Assembly (NCBI GenBank): GCA_003488415.1
Contig: DNLQ01000130.1
Coordinates: 1-35,376 of the forward strand
DNA from: Ruminococcus sp.
Lineage (GTDB): Bacteria > Bacillota > Clostridia > Oscillospirales > Ruminococcaceae
Reading direction: 5' to 3'
Length of the DNA stretch: 35,376 nucleotides
Below the pieces are notes generated by a model. It ran no database searches, was not told where the DNA came from, and saw only the letters and a list, made by a program, of their open reading frames with translations. This document shows, in pieces, positions 1 through 6,865 of this stretch. Within the stretch, counting starts at the first letter, position 1, and each line of letters opens with the position of its first letter. The translations under genes and the position numbers were made by a program.

Positions 1-8
1 TGTAAACA

Positions 9-251
9 TTATTCAGTAATAACAACATTCTCGAACTTCTTGTAAGCGTCGAGATACCATTCCTTCTTGTCGCCGTTGTATGTCAGCTCATAGTACATAC
101 CGTCGCACAGCGTACTGGAGATAAGATACTTCCAGTTCTGCAAGGCTTTGCACTTCCAGACCATATAGACATCAAAAGGCGGAACAGTATCCGTCTTGTC
201 GAGATGTGCAAATATATAATCTCTGACTATCTGTAAGGCTTTCTCGTCCAT
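9..251 (-). CDS. DUF6275-like phage protein
   Basis: Motif VWKCKALQNWKYLIS...DGMYYELTYNGDKKEWYLDAYKK; strong RBS (AAGGAGGTGAGGAG) before ATG at 251. Confidence 0.7.
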   Translation of the reverse strand: MDEKALQIVRDYIFAHLDKTDTVPPFDVYMVWKCKALQNWKYLISSTLCDGMYYELTYNGDKKEWYLDAYKKFENVVITE

Positions 252-274
252 TCTCCTCACCTCCTTCAAATGGA

Positions 275-307
275 CATAAGAAAACCGCTCTCAGTGAGGG
301 CGGTTTT
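275..307 (-). terminator. Intrinsic terminator ending the portal-toxin cassette
   Basis: Hairpin AAAACCGCCCTCA/TGAGAGCGGTTTT followed by CTTATG; 29/30 identical to 34101-34130. Confidence 0.75.
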
Positions 308-313
308 GAAGTA

Positions 314-580
314 TTAGGAAACTTTTCCAAGGTATTTTTCAGTATGCTCAGTTTTTTCAAATGAAAGATTTCCATTCTTATCACGTTTTATCCAGAGAAC
401 AACAGGCATAGGTGTTTCATCGAGCAGTCCGTTTTTCCCCTTTTCTTTATCGTAGTACTGCAAGATAAGATCGTCTTTTCCCCAACACTGCGAAAGTGTC
501 TTTGCCTTGTCAAAGCTGAGATCATTTTTCTGACAAAACATCTCAATCTCTGATGCCCATTCATCAAAAAGTTTACACAT
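314..580 (-). CDS. Small hypothetical protein, putative orphan immunity protein
   Basis: 88-aa ORF (MCKLFDEW...) with RBS AAAGGGGAG, AT-rich, between cognate immunity gene and terminator. Confidence 0.55.
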   Translation of the reverse strand: MCKLFDEWASEIEMFCQKNDLSFDKAKTLSQCWGKDDLILQYYDKEKGKNGLLDETPMPVVLWIKRDKNGNLSFEKTEHTEKYLGKVS

Positions 581-643
581 ATGCTCACTCCCTTTCAAAC
601 GTGAGGAAGTTGCCCTTAGAATTATAGATTACGCTTGTTTTCT

Positions 644-805
644 TTATTCTTCTACGATTTCAAAGCATTCAGGTGGAAAAAGATAATCTTCGTCAAGCTC
701 AGTCATTATCCTATACCAGCCTTTTTCAACCGAAATAACTTCATATATTTTGTCTTTTTCAAAAGCTGTATCTAAATACTGTTTACCTATATATTTGACT
801 TTCAT
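644..805 (-). CDS. 53-aa putative immunity protein for the portal-fused domain (missed by ORF track)
   Basis: MKVKYIGKQYLDTAFEKDKIYEVISVEKGWYRIMTELDEDYLFPPECFEIVEE; ATGA overlap with the portal stop; paralog at 2805-2921. Confidence 0.75.
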   Translation of the reverse strand: MKVKYIGKQYLDTAFEKDKIYEVISVEKGWYRIMTELDEDYLFPPECFEIVEE

Positions 806-2469
806 TCCAACCACCTCTTTATGAAAAAATCGTGTTTTCCTATACCTTCACACTGTGCCCAGTGTAATTCAGCTTTTCGCCCTTCACCGTAATAATCTAC
901 AGTTCCTGTGCCTTTAGCGTGTTGCCAATCTTTGGCTTTACCGCCGTATTTTTTAGCATATTTATCAGCTTTTCGGAACTCAGATTTAACGCCCTTTCCA
1001 GCAAAGACCTCAACATCTTGCAAACTGGTCCTTTCAACAAGGTTAAAATGTTCACCCGTTTCCAAATCCATAATGTCATAGTTTTTAGCCTTTGCTCCAA
1101 GTGACTTTCCGACCTCAATATCCTCTAATTTTATTATATCAGTTTTTTTGGATTTGTCAACCTTTTTCGTCGCTCTTCCTCCGCCTACGCTTCTGCTCCC
1201 CTGCATCTTTCCGTCAGGACCTTGGATATATTGGCGGTACCTCAGCTCTGTAAGTGCCCGTTCCTCACCGGTAACAAGGTTCTTTGTCTGTCCGGTATTG
1301 GGGGTATAGACCTCCATAGTAACAGGATCAAGGAGAACATCAGCAAGACCGAGGGTGATATAGTTGAAGCCGAGAGGCTCATAGTCCTCTTCCCGGCGGA
1401 TCTCATCCACCTGCAGGATGTTGTTCCGCTTGGCTATCTCATAAGCCTGCATACGTTCAAGAAGACTGCCGCGTGTCAGTTCCTTGGTATCAAACGCCCA
1501 GTAATACCCCTGCTCCTTCTCGGATTCAAGCAGGAGAACGTTGTCCAGCTCTGTCTCGATCTGATTCAGGAGCGATATGACCGCCGAAATGAACTTCTTG
1601 TTGTCGTCATCGGATGCTCCGCCGTCAATGACCGTATGAGGGAAGCCGAACAGCTTGCAGATCTCGATGCTGTTGGTCTTCTTATTCTCGTTCATCTGGA
1701 GCTCCGCAGCCGTTGAGGATATCGCCTCGAAGTCAACACCGTCATTCAGCACGATTATCTTGTCACGCTTCTGCTCGTTGTCATAGACCTTCTGGTAACC
1801 TTCCCTGATCGCTGCTATCGCCGCATCCGAGAGCCTGTTCTTCGCTTTCAGGAAGCCCGGCTTGCAGCCGCCGTTGGAGTTCATCATGTTCTCCAGCTTC
1901 AGAGCGTTCCACGCTGCCGAAAGTACCGAGGATGCCTCCTCCTGCAACGGGATGTTCGTGTAGCCGTCCCGCGTCTTCCTCAGCAGCTTGATAAACTGGA
2001 AATCATAATAGTTCTGCGCGTTTATCTGCACTCTGAATGCCTTGAATATCGGATCATTGTTGCACATGATGCTCACGTTCCGGCTGTCCACATAGTGCAG
2101 GCTCCGGACACTCAGACCGTCGCTGTTGACGTATATCCATGCTCCGCGCCCGAGGTAGTAGTCCTCCACCGCTGCTTTCCACATGTCAACAGTGCTGAGA
2201 GTGTCGCCGGTGCTGCCGTTGAGCAGCTTCAGCCGGTCATCGTCGGATATCTCCGTGACCTGCTCTTCATCCTTCCTGTAAAGCTTCACCGGCAGCCGCG
2301 ATATGGTCTCCCCTATCTTGCCGATGCAGGCTGATACCGTCGGTATGCTCAGCGCAGCCTCCCGCGTAAGTTCTCCGGTCAGTCCGAAGAACGTCAGTAT
2401 GGTGTTTTCGCCGTTCTGAGCTGTATCCGCCCTTATTTCCTGCCGCTTTTTTCGTCTGAAAAGTCCTAT
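802..2469 (-). CDS. HK97-family portal protein with C-terminal toxin-like extension
   Basis: Portal motifs (ALSIPTVSACIGKIGETISRLP, EICKLFGFP, DEIRREEDYEPL); ~150-aa extra C-terminus after ELR; start inferred at ATA 2469 after RBS AAAGGAG. Confidence 0.9.
   Translation of the reverse strand: MGLFRRKKRQEIRADTAQNGENTILTFFGLTGELTREAALSIPTVSACIGKIGETISRLPVKLYRKDEEQVTEISDDDRLKLLNGSTGDTLSTVDMWKAAVEDYYLGRGAWIYVNSDGLSVRSLHYVDSRNVSIMCNNDPIFKAFRVQINAQNYYDFQFIKLLRKTRDGYTNIPLQEEASSVLSAAWNALKLENMMNSNGGCKPGFLKAKNRLSDAAIAAIREGYQKVYDNEQKRDKIIVLNDGVDFEAISSTAAELQMNENKKTNSIEICKLFGFPHTVIDGGASDDDNKKFISAVISLLNQIETELDNVLLLESEKEQGYYWAFDTKELTRGSLLERMQAYEIAKRNNILQVDEIRREEDYEPLGFNYITLGLADVLLDPVTMEVYTPNTGQTKNLVTGEERALTELRYRQYIQGPDGKMQGSRSVGGGRATKKVDKSKKTDIIKLEDIEVGKSLGAKAKNYDIMDLETGEHFNLVERTSLQDVEVFAGKGVKSEFRKADKYAKKYGGKAKDWQHAKGTGTVDYYGEGRKAELHWAQCEGIGKHDFFIKRWLE
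1133..1160 (-). promoter_or_regulatory. Intragenic sigma-A promoter in portal linker
   Basis: TTGACA-16nt-TATAAT with extended TG, in codons VDKSKKTDII. Confidence 0.75.
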
Positions 2470-2496
2470 TTTGACCACTCCTTTCGTGGTTTGGAT

Positions 2497-2546
2497 ATAA
2501 AAACAGCACTTGCAGCCGACATTGGTGCCGGTCACAAATGCTTTCA
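2497..2546 (-). terminator. Terminator-like hairpin upstream of portal
   Basis: AAAGCATTTGTG-ACCGGCA-CCAA-TGTCGG-CTGCAAGTGCTG then TTTTTAT; related to 33987-34038 and 35352-35376. Confidence 0.5.
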
Positions 2547-2582
2547 AGCGTTGTTTACTTCACTTCGCGTTTTAATATAGGC

Positions 2583-2612
2583 ATAAGAAAACCGCCTGAT
2601 CTCTCAGACGGT
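2583..2612 (-). terminator. Intrinsic terminator ending cassette downstream of TerL
   Basis: ACCGTCTGAGAGATCAGGCGGT-TTTCTTAT. Confidence 0.7.
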
Positions 2613-2714
2613 CTTATCTTTTTTCTTTTCTTCCTCAAGTCTTTTGATCATTTCAGCAAGTCTCTCAGAGCCTTCCTTATTTGATCCGTCAAGAACTACA
2701 TTCATTTCTTCCAT
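2604..2714 (-). CDS. 36-aa small protein, putative orphan immunity
   Basis: MEEMNVVLDGSNKEGSERLAEMIKRLEEEKKKDKTV with RBS AAAGGTGG; overlaps the end of a start-less frame (...GGLFEWKK*). Confidence 0.45.
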   Translation of the reverse strand: MEEMNVVLDGSNKEGSERLAEMIKRLEEEKKKDKTV

Positions 2715-2804
2715 TCAAAAAGCCCACCTTTCTGCTGATTATCAAGGAATTTATTTACTACCGTTCGGTATTCGTTATCACGATATTCACCTTTTTTAGT
2801 TGCT

Positions 2805-2921
2805 TTAAGCACCTTTGTCGTCTTTGATTCTGTACCAACCTTTTTCGACAGAAATGACATCATATATCTTTCCGTTTGTCAGAACAAGAAAACTTGTTTT
2901 ACCAGTGTACTTAACTTTCAT
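2805..2921 (-). pseudogene. Truncated paralog of the 644-805 immunity protein
   Basis: MKVKYTGKTSFLVLTNGKIYDVISVEKGWYRIKDDKGA*; RBS GGAGG; lacks the C-terminal EDYLFPP segment. Confidence 0.65.
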
Positions 2922-2941
2922 TAATCCTCCCACCTTAGGTA

Positions 2942-3190
2942 TTAATACCACATAACAAGTCTTTCTTCGGGAATTTCTTTCCTCTTGCCGCTTTTTAGCT
3001 CATCAAGGGTCCTTATAAGCCCGTTTGCAGCCATTCTGCCATACATTGAACCGAATTCTTTGATACTCTCGGCAGTATAATCCCTTGTTTTTATATCAAG
3101 CGTTATATGTGCTGACTTATCACTATTTTCAGGGATATAATCAGCTTCGATTGTTTTTAGTCCTATCGCTATGTTTATTAATCTCAGCAT
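2942..3190 (-). CDS. Putative immunity protein for 3141-3776
   Basis: 82-aa ORF MLRLINIA... overlapping the upstream gene end, RBS AGGGAG. Confidence 0.6.
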   Translation of the reverse strand: MLRLINIAIGLKTIEADYIPENSDKSAHITLDIKTRDYTAESIKEFGSMYGRMAANGLIRTLDELKSGKRKEIPEERLVMWY

Positions 3191-3776
3191 AATACTCCCT
3201 ACTTTCTTTAGCATAATTAAACTTTTTCTCAGATATACTATGAGCTTTTATCTGAGATAAGCCCTTCTTCATCAAATCGCTTTCCATTTTTTCGTGATGA
3301 AGCAGTGTAATATCGTGCTTCTGGATGTTTTTACCCTCAATAAGCCTTTGCCATGATTGAGCCATAGCATAATTGGGATAAAAACGCTCTGGGACGTCTC
3401 CGCCCAAATCATGTTCTTCTATGAATACATGATTCTTTATTTGCAAAATGTCGCTTTCACTAAAGCCGGTATTATTTGAGATGTTTTTTACATCTGTTTT
3501 CATTTTACGAACAGACTCATAGTATTGCTCAGCATGAGCCTGTGCTTCTTTGCTGGCAGGAGATAATGCACCACTCACCGCTCCTGATTTTATTATACCA
3601 CTTTTCGCAGATTTGTCAATACTCTTGCCTGCTCCGCCGGAAGAACTGCCTTCTTCACCAATCAGTATATGCCTTCCGTTTTTTGTTATCCAGCCGCGTA
3701 ATTCATACCAGTGTGTCTCGATGTCTATCACTCTGACCGCATGTTCCGCGTAGTCCATGAACCAATTATTATCCAT
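3141..3776 (-). CDS. Stand-alone toxin-like cargo protein 2 (shared leader + HExxE...H domain)
   Basis: ATG 3776 with RBS GAGGTGG overlapping the TerL stop; leader shared with 5687-6322; C-terminal MAQSWQRL...HDITLLHHEKME...AH resembles C-terminal domains of phage head-associated toxins. Confidence 0.7.
   Translation of the reverse strand: MDNNWFMDYAEHAVRVIDIETHWYELRGWITKNGRHILIGEEGSSSGGAGKSIDKSAKSGIIKSGAVSGALSPASKEAQAHAEQYYESVRKMKTDVKNISNNTGFSESDILQIKNHVFIEEHDLGGDVPERFYPNYAMAQSWQRLIEGKNIQKHDITLLHHEKMESDLMKKGLSQIKAHSISEKKFNYAKESREYYAEINKHSDRTKNNRS
3592..3619 (-). promoter_or_regulatory. Intragenic sigma-A promoter
   Basis: TTGACA-16nt-TATAAT with extended TG, in codons IDKSAKSGII. Confidence 0.75.
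3657..3765. repeat. ~110-bp direct repeat, copy A (cargo leader)
   Basis: Near-identical to ~6201-6308. Confidence 0.85.
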
Positions 3777-3783
3777 ATCCACC

Positions 3784-5484
3784 TCATATGATCTGGCACC
3801 CGAACCCCTGCTCCATGCTGTCAAGCACATTCACCTGCAAGAGATACAGCGCGTTTATGACAGATACCACCATATCCACCTTGCCGGCGGACTTTCTCTT
3901 GTTGACATACTTGTTCAGATTCGTGTCCTCGGTGCATCTGGCGTTCTGGAAGTTGATCTCCAGCATATGATTCTCCTCATACCGCAGCTTACGGCTCAGG
4001 ATACGTTCTTTCAGCAGCTTCGTTGGTCTGTGTAAGACGCTGCTGTGCTGTCTAATCTCAACGCACTCGATCGGATCCTCTCCGCTTTCCAGCTTCTGTA
4101 CTGTGGAGATAGCATTGTACCGGTCAAAGCCCAGCTGAACTATCTCAACGCCGTACTGCTCCGGCAGCGACTGTATGAACCGCTCCACAAAGCCGTAGTC
4201 AATGACCTCATCACCGCAGGCAAAGCATTCTCCTGCGGCTATGAGCTTCTTGTAATCCACCTTTTCGCGCTGGGATTTCTCGTCGATGCGGTCAGCCGGG
4301 ATGAATCCCCAGACCTTGACGTATATCATATCCTCATCCGCATCATATGTCACCATTGCGACCGAGGTATTGTCATCGGTCTGAGAGAGGTCAAGCCCGA
4401 TATATACCTGTCTGCCCCTCCAGAACTCAGCATCCGCCGGAACTTTACACAGTCTTACCTTCGTTATCTCGACAAATCCCTCAACTCCGAGTCCTTTGTA
4501 GAGGATGTTCATGTGCTTGCACAGGAAGTTCTCCCGCTTGTTCTCATAATCTATGGCAGCCTGACGCTTCGCCCTCAGGTCATCCATGACGTATTCATGG
4601 GCGTACGCCACCGGATTAGCCTGATACAGCGCTGTGTCCGATGTCATCCACGCATCGCCGGTCTTGAACTCATCATCCGGCTCATAGAGCAGTGCGAACA
4701 CCCTTCCATGCCGTAGTCCGTCAAGGATCTTTTTGGCGTTGTCAACCTCTTCCAGCATAGCATTGTTGTCATTGGGGTACTGGGTAGAGATGATGATGCC
4801 AAGCTTCTCCCTCAGCACGATCTGTGAGGATCGCATGGCTTCTATGGGATAGTTGTCCATTGCTCCGCACTCGTCAGCAAGAAACATATTTGCAAGCTTT
4901 CCGTCCATCTTGTCCTGTAAGTAAGCAAGAGGAGTATACTCAGAGTCAGTCAGCTTGCAGCGTATCTCCTTCCGCAGCAGCTTGAACACCTTCTCGTCCG
5001 CCAGACAGGGGCTCGACTTGATTATCTTCTTGATAGCCACCTGCAATTCACTGGAGAGTTTCAGATCCGGTGCCACACTGAAAAAGCGGCTGAACTTCGG
5101 CTCTGTCAGCAGTCCGATAATAAAAATGACCGCTGAGGTGAACGTCTTGAAGTTCTTCCTCGCGATCTCTAAAAGCCCGGTCTCGTAGTACCGGAGACTG
5201 TCGCTCCGGCGCTTTGTACAGAACAAGGCATATATGAATAAAACTGCGTAGTCCTCAAGTCCCTCATACATCGAATGTCCGAGGTCAGGGTGCATGATGA
5301 TCTTCAGCAGCTTCGTTATCTTCTTCCAGCGCTTCTCACAGACATATGCTTCATCGCTCTGACCGTCCGCTATCTCCAGCCAGATCACCGCCTGCTTCTT
5401 TATGTACCGCCCGACATAGTGATTGTCCGGCTCGGTACACCACAGAGCATATTTATAAGCTCTGCTGTTCTTCACTATGTCAAT
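3784..5484 (-). CDS. terL: Terminase large subunit
   Basis: Walker A-like IARKNFKT, Walker B FLADE, nuclease GLDLS and KVDMVVS; start inferred at ATT 5484 (or GTG 5475) after AAAGGAG. Confidence 0.95.
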   Translation of the reverse strand: MDIVKNSRAYKYALWCTEPDNHYVGRYIKKQAVIWLEIADGQSDEAYVCEKRWKKITKLLKIIMHPDLGHSMYEGLEDYAVLFIYALFCTKRRSDSLRYYETGLLEIARKNFKTFTSAVIFIIGLLTEPKFSRFFSVAPDLKLSSELQVAIKKIIKSSPCLADEKVFKLLRKEIRCKLTDSEYTPLAYLQDKMDGKLANMFLADECGAMDNYPIEAMRSSQIVLREKLGIIISTQYPNDNNAMLEEVDNAKKILDGLRHGRVFALLYEPDDEFKTGDAWMTSDTALYQANPVAYAHEYVMDDLRAKRQAAIDYENKRENFLCKHMNILYKGLGVEGFVEITKVRLCKVPADAEFWRGRQVYIGLDLSQTDDNTSVAMVTYDADEDMIYVKVWGFIPADRIDEKSQREKVDYKKLIAAGECFACGDEVIDYGFVERFIQSLPEQYGVEIVQLGFDRYNAISTVQKLESGEDPIECVEIRQHSSVLHRPTKLLKERILSRKLRYEENHMLEINFQNARCTEDTNLNKYVNKRKSAGKVDMVVSVINALYLLQVNVLDSMEQGFGCQII

Positions 5485-5512
5485 TGCTGTCAGCTCCTTT
5501 CTGCGTCCGGGT

Positions 5513-5544
5513 ATAAGAAAACCGCTCCGATTTCTCGAAGCGGT
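5513..5544 (-). terminator. Intrinsic terminator after ncRNA
   Basis: ACCGCTTCGAGAAATCGGAGCGGT-TTTCTTAT. Confidence 0.75.
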
Positions 5545-5668
5545 CTGGAAAGAGTGGTTATCAGGCAGGCGTAGCATTCTCCTGCATCTCTCGGGATTAC
5601 TCCCTGTCGTTACCAGCGGCGTGTGGTCGCTACGAAATTTACCACCTCTGATAACCTACTCTTATCTT
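5515..5668 (-). ncRNA. Candidate structured ncRNA (~150 nt)
   Basis: Bounded by a perfect promoter and a terminator; closing helix 5648-5662/5551-5564; inner CGUAGC/GCUACG, ACCA/UGGU and GGGA-GUAA-UCCC helices. Confidence 0.6.
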
Positions 5669-5674
5669 ACCTTC

Positions 5675-5703
5675 ATTATATCACATTTATTCTGATTTGT
5701 CAA
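5675..5703 (-). promoter_or_regulatory. Consensus sigma-A promoter at the end of the PBECR gene
   Basis: TTGACA-17nt-TATAAT with extended TG, overlapping codons VDKSE*. Confidence 0.8.
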
Positions 5704-6322
5704 CTTTTTTATACACAGGAACGTTATTGCGTAAACGTTGAGCAAATCTTTTCTCGTTCTCACCAATTGCAGTTAGTATAGAATTCTTATAGCTTGGGTT
5801 TTCCCCTTCAACTACGAGCCTAAGAACTAAGTTTACTGTTTTTCCCTTATGGCTATATGATTTAGACACAATAGCTGTATTGTCCATATCATCTTTGAAT
5901 ATATAGTCGGGTGCTTCTATTATTTCAGGAAAATAGCCTTTAAAATCGTCATAAAACTTCTGACCTCTTCGCTCAATAATGTGTTCGATCCGATTATCTG
6001 TTATGATCACCTCGTCGGTGAGAATTCTTCCATTTGCAATAGTTTCAAACTTTTCAACATCTATCTTTCCAACTTTATGCACATCAGTTCCCGCCGTTTC
6101 TCCTGTCTTTTCTTCAATTATACCACTTTCCCCGGCTTTGTCAACCTTTTTGGCAGCTTTTCTGCCTGCTCCGCTGGTGGAGCTGCCACCCTCATCATCG
6201 CCAATCAGGATATGCCTTCCGTTTTTTGTTATCCAGCCTCTGAGCTCATACCAGCGTGTCTCGATGTCTATCACTCTGACCGCATGTTCCGCGTAATCTA
6301 TGAACCAGTCTTTATTCATCAT
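5687..6322 (-). CDS. Stand-alone cargo protein 1 with PBECR2-like (BECR-fold) ribonuclease domain
   Basis: TDEVIITDNRIEHIIERR...IIEAPDYIFKD...NTA...LVLRL...YKNSILT pattern of PBECR2; shared leader; overlaps TerS stop. Confidence 0.75.
   Translation of the reverse strand: MMNKDWFIDYAEHAVRVIDIETRWYELRGWITKNGRHILIGDDEGGSSTSGAGRKAAKKVDKAGESGIIEEKTGETAGTDVHKVGKIDVEKFETIANGRILTDEVIITDNRIEHIIERRGQKFYDDFKGYFPEIIEAPDYIFKDDMDNTAIVSKSYSHKGKTVNLVLRLVVEGENPSYKNSILTAIGENEKRFAQRLRNNVPVYKKVDKSE
6117..6144 (-). promoter_or_regulatory. Intragenic sigma-A promoter
   Basis: TTGACA-16nt-TATAAT with extended TG, in codons VDKAGESGII. Confidence 0.75.
6201..6308. repeat. ~110-bp direct repeat, copy B (cargo leader)
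   Basis: Near-identical to ~3657-3765. Confidence 0.85.
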
Positions 6323-6764
6323 CGCTCAGCACCTTCAGCAGCGGATTCTCTTCCTTCGCCTGCAAGTTGAGGTTGCCCATTTTCGCCCTGCTCTGAGGAC
6401 TCAGGCACAGCTCATTGCAGCAGCGGAAGAAGGACTTCGTATATCTGTCCTTCGATTGCAGCAGCTTGTCATTGCTGAGCTGCACCGGATCCTGATTGAT
6501 CCTGCTCTCTATCTCCTGCATCCTGTCAAGCGCGATGCAGCACTCGGTCAGCACATAGATGTCCAGATTGCCAAGGATGCCGCTGCCCTCCAGTTCCCGG
6601 ACGATGAACTTGAAGATCTTCTTCTGCGCAGTCGTCAGATACTTAGGCGGACGCAGCCTGTCTGCCCTGCCTCTGAGCAGTTCTTCGGTCGAGGACTTTG
6701 CCTCAGCCTCCGCCTTCGTAAGGTGCTTTGACGTAGTTTTCGCACTCATTGCCGGTCTCGCCAC
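6312..6764 (-). CDS. terS: Terminase small subunit, P27 family
   Basis: PPKYLT...LGNLD...ELCLSPQSRAK; GTG 6764 after AAAGGACGTGA. Confidence 0.9.
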   Translation of the reverse strand: MARPAMSAKTTSKHLTKAEAEAKSSTEELLRGRADRLRPPKYLTTAQKKIFKFIVRELEGSGILGNLDIYVLTECCIALDRMQEIESRINQDPVQLSNDKLLQSKDRYTKSFFRCCNELCLSPQSRAKMGNLNLQAKEENPLLKVLSDDE

Positions 6765-6782
6765 AGTATCACGTCCTTTCAT

Positions 6783-6865
6783 TTAGGGAATATTTTATTT
6801 TCAGAGGGGGGCGTCGGTGGATGTCCGGAGCATTTCAAAAAAAATCTGACCTCCGGGGGGATATT
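6783..6865. other. Probable cos/packaging region
   Basis: Non-coding gap between HNH and TerS with GC-rich tracts; position typical of cos phages; cut site not determinable. Confidence 0.4.

Noticed and set aside
1177..1248. Portal/protease linker as a DNA recombination repeat
   Set aside because: Similarity is at protein level; most shared residues use different codons
2470..2547. ORF-track N-terminal extension of portal (likewise TerL 5485-5577, capsid 33963-34103, integrase 18058-18369, Spo0A-like 19560-19652)
   Set aside because: Extensions cross terminators, att arms or other genes; strong RBSs lie downstream
5477..5695. 72-aa + strand ORF as immunity protein
   Set aside because: Antisense to the promoter-terminator unit, overlaps the TerL start, no RBS
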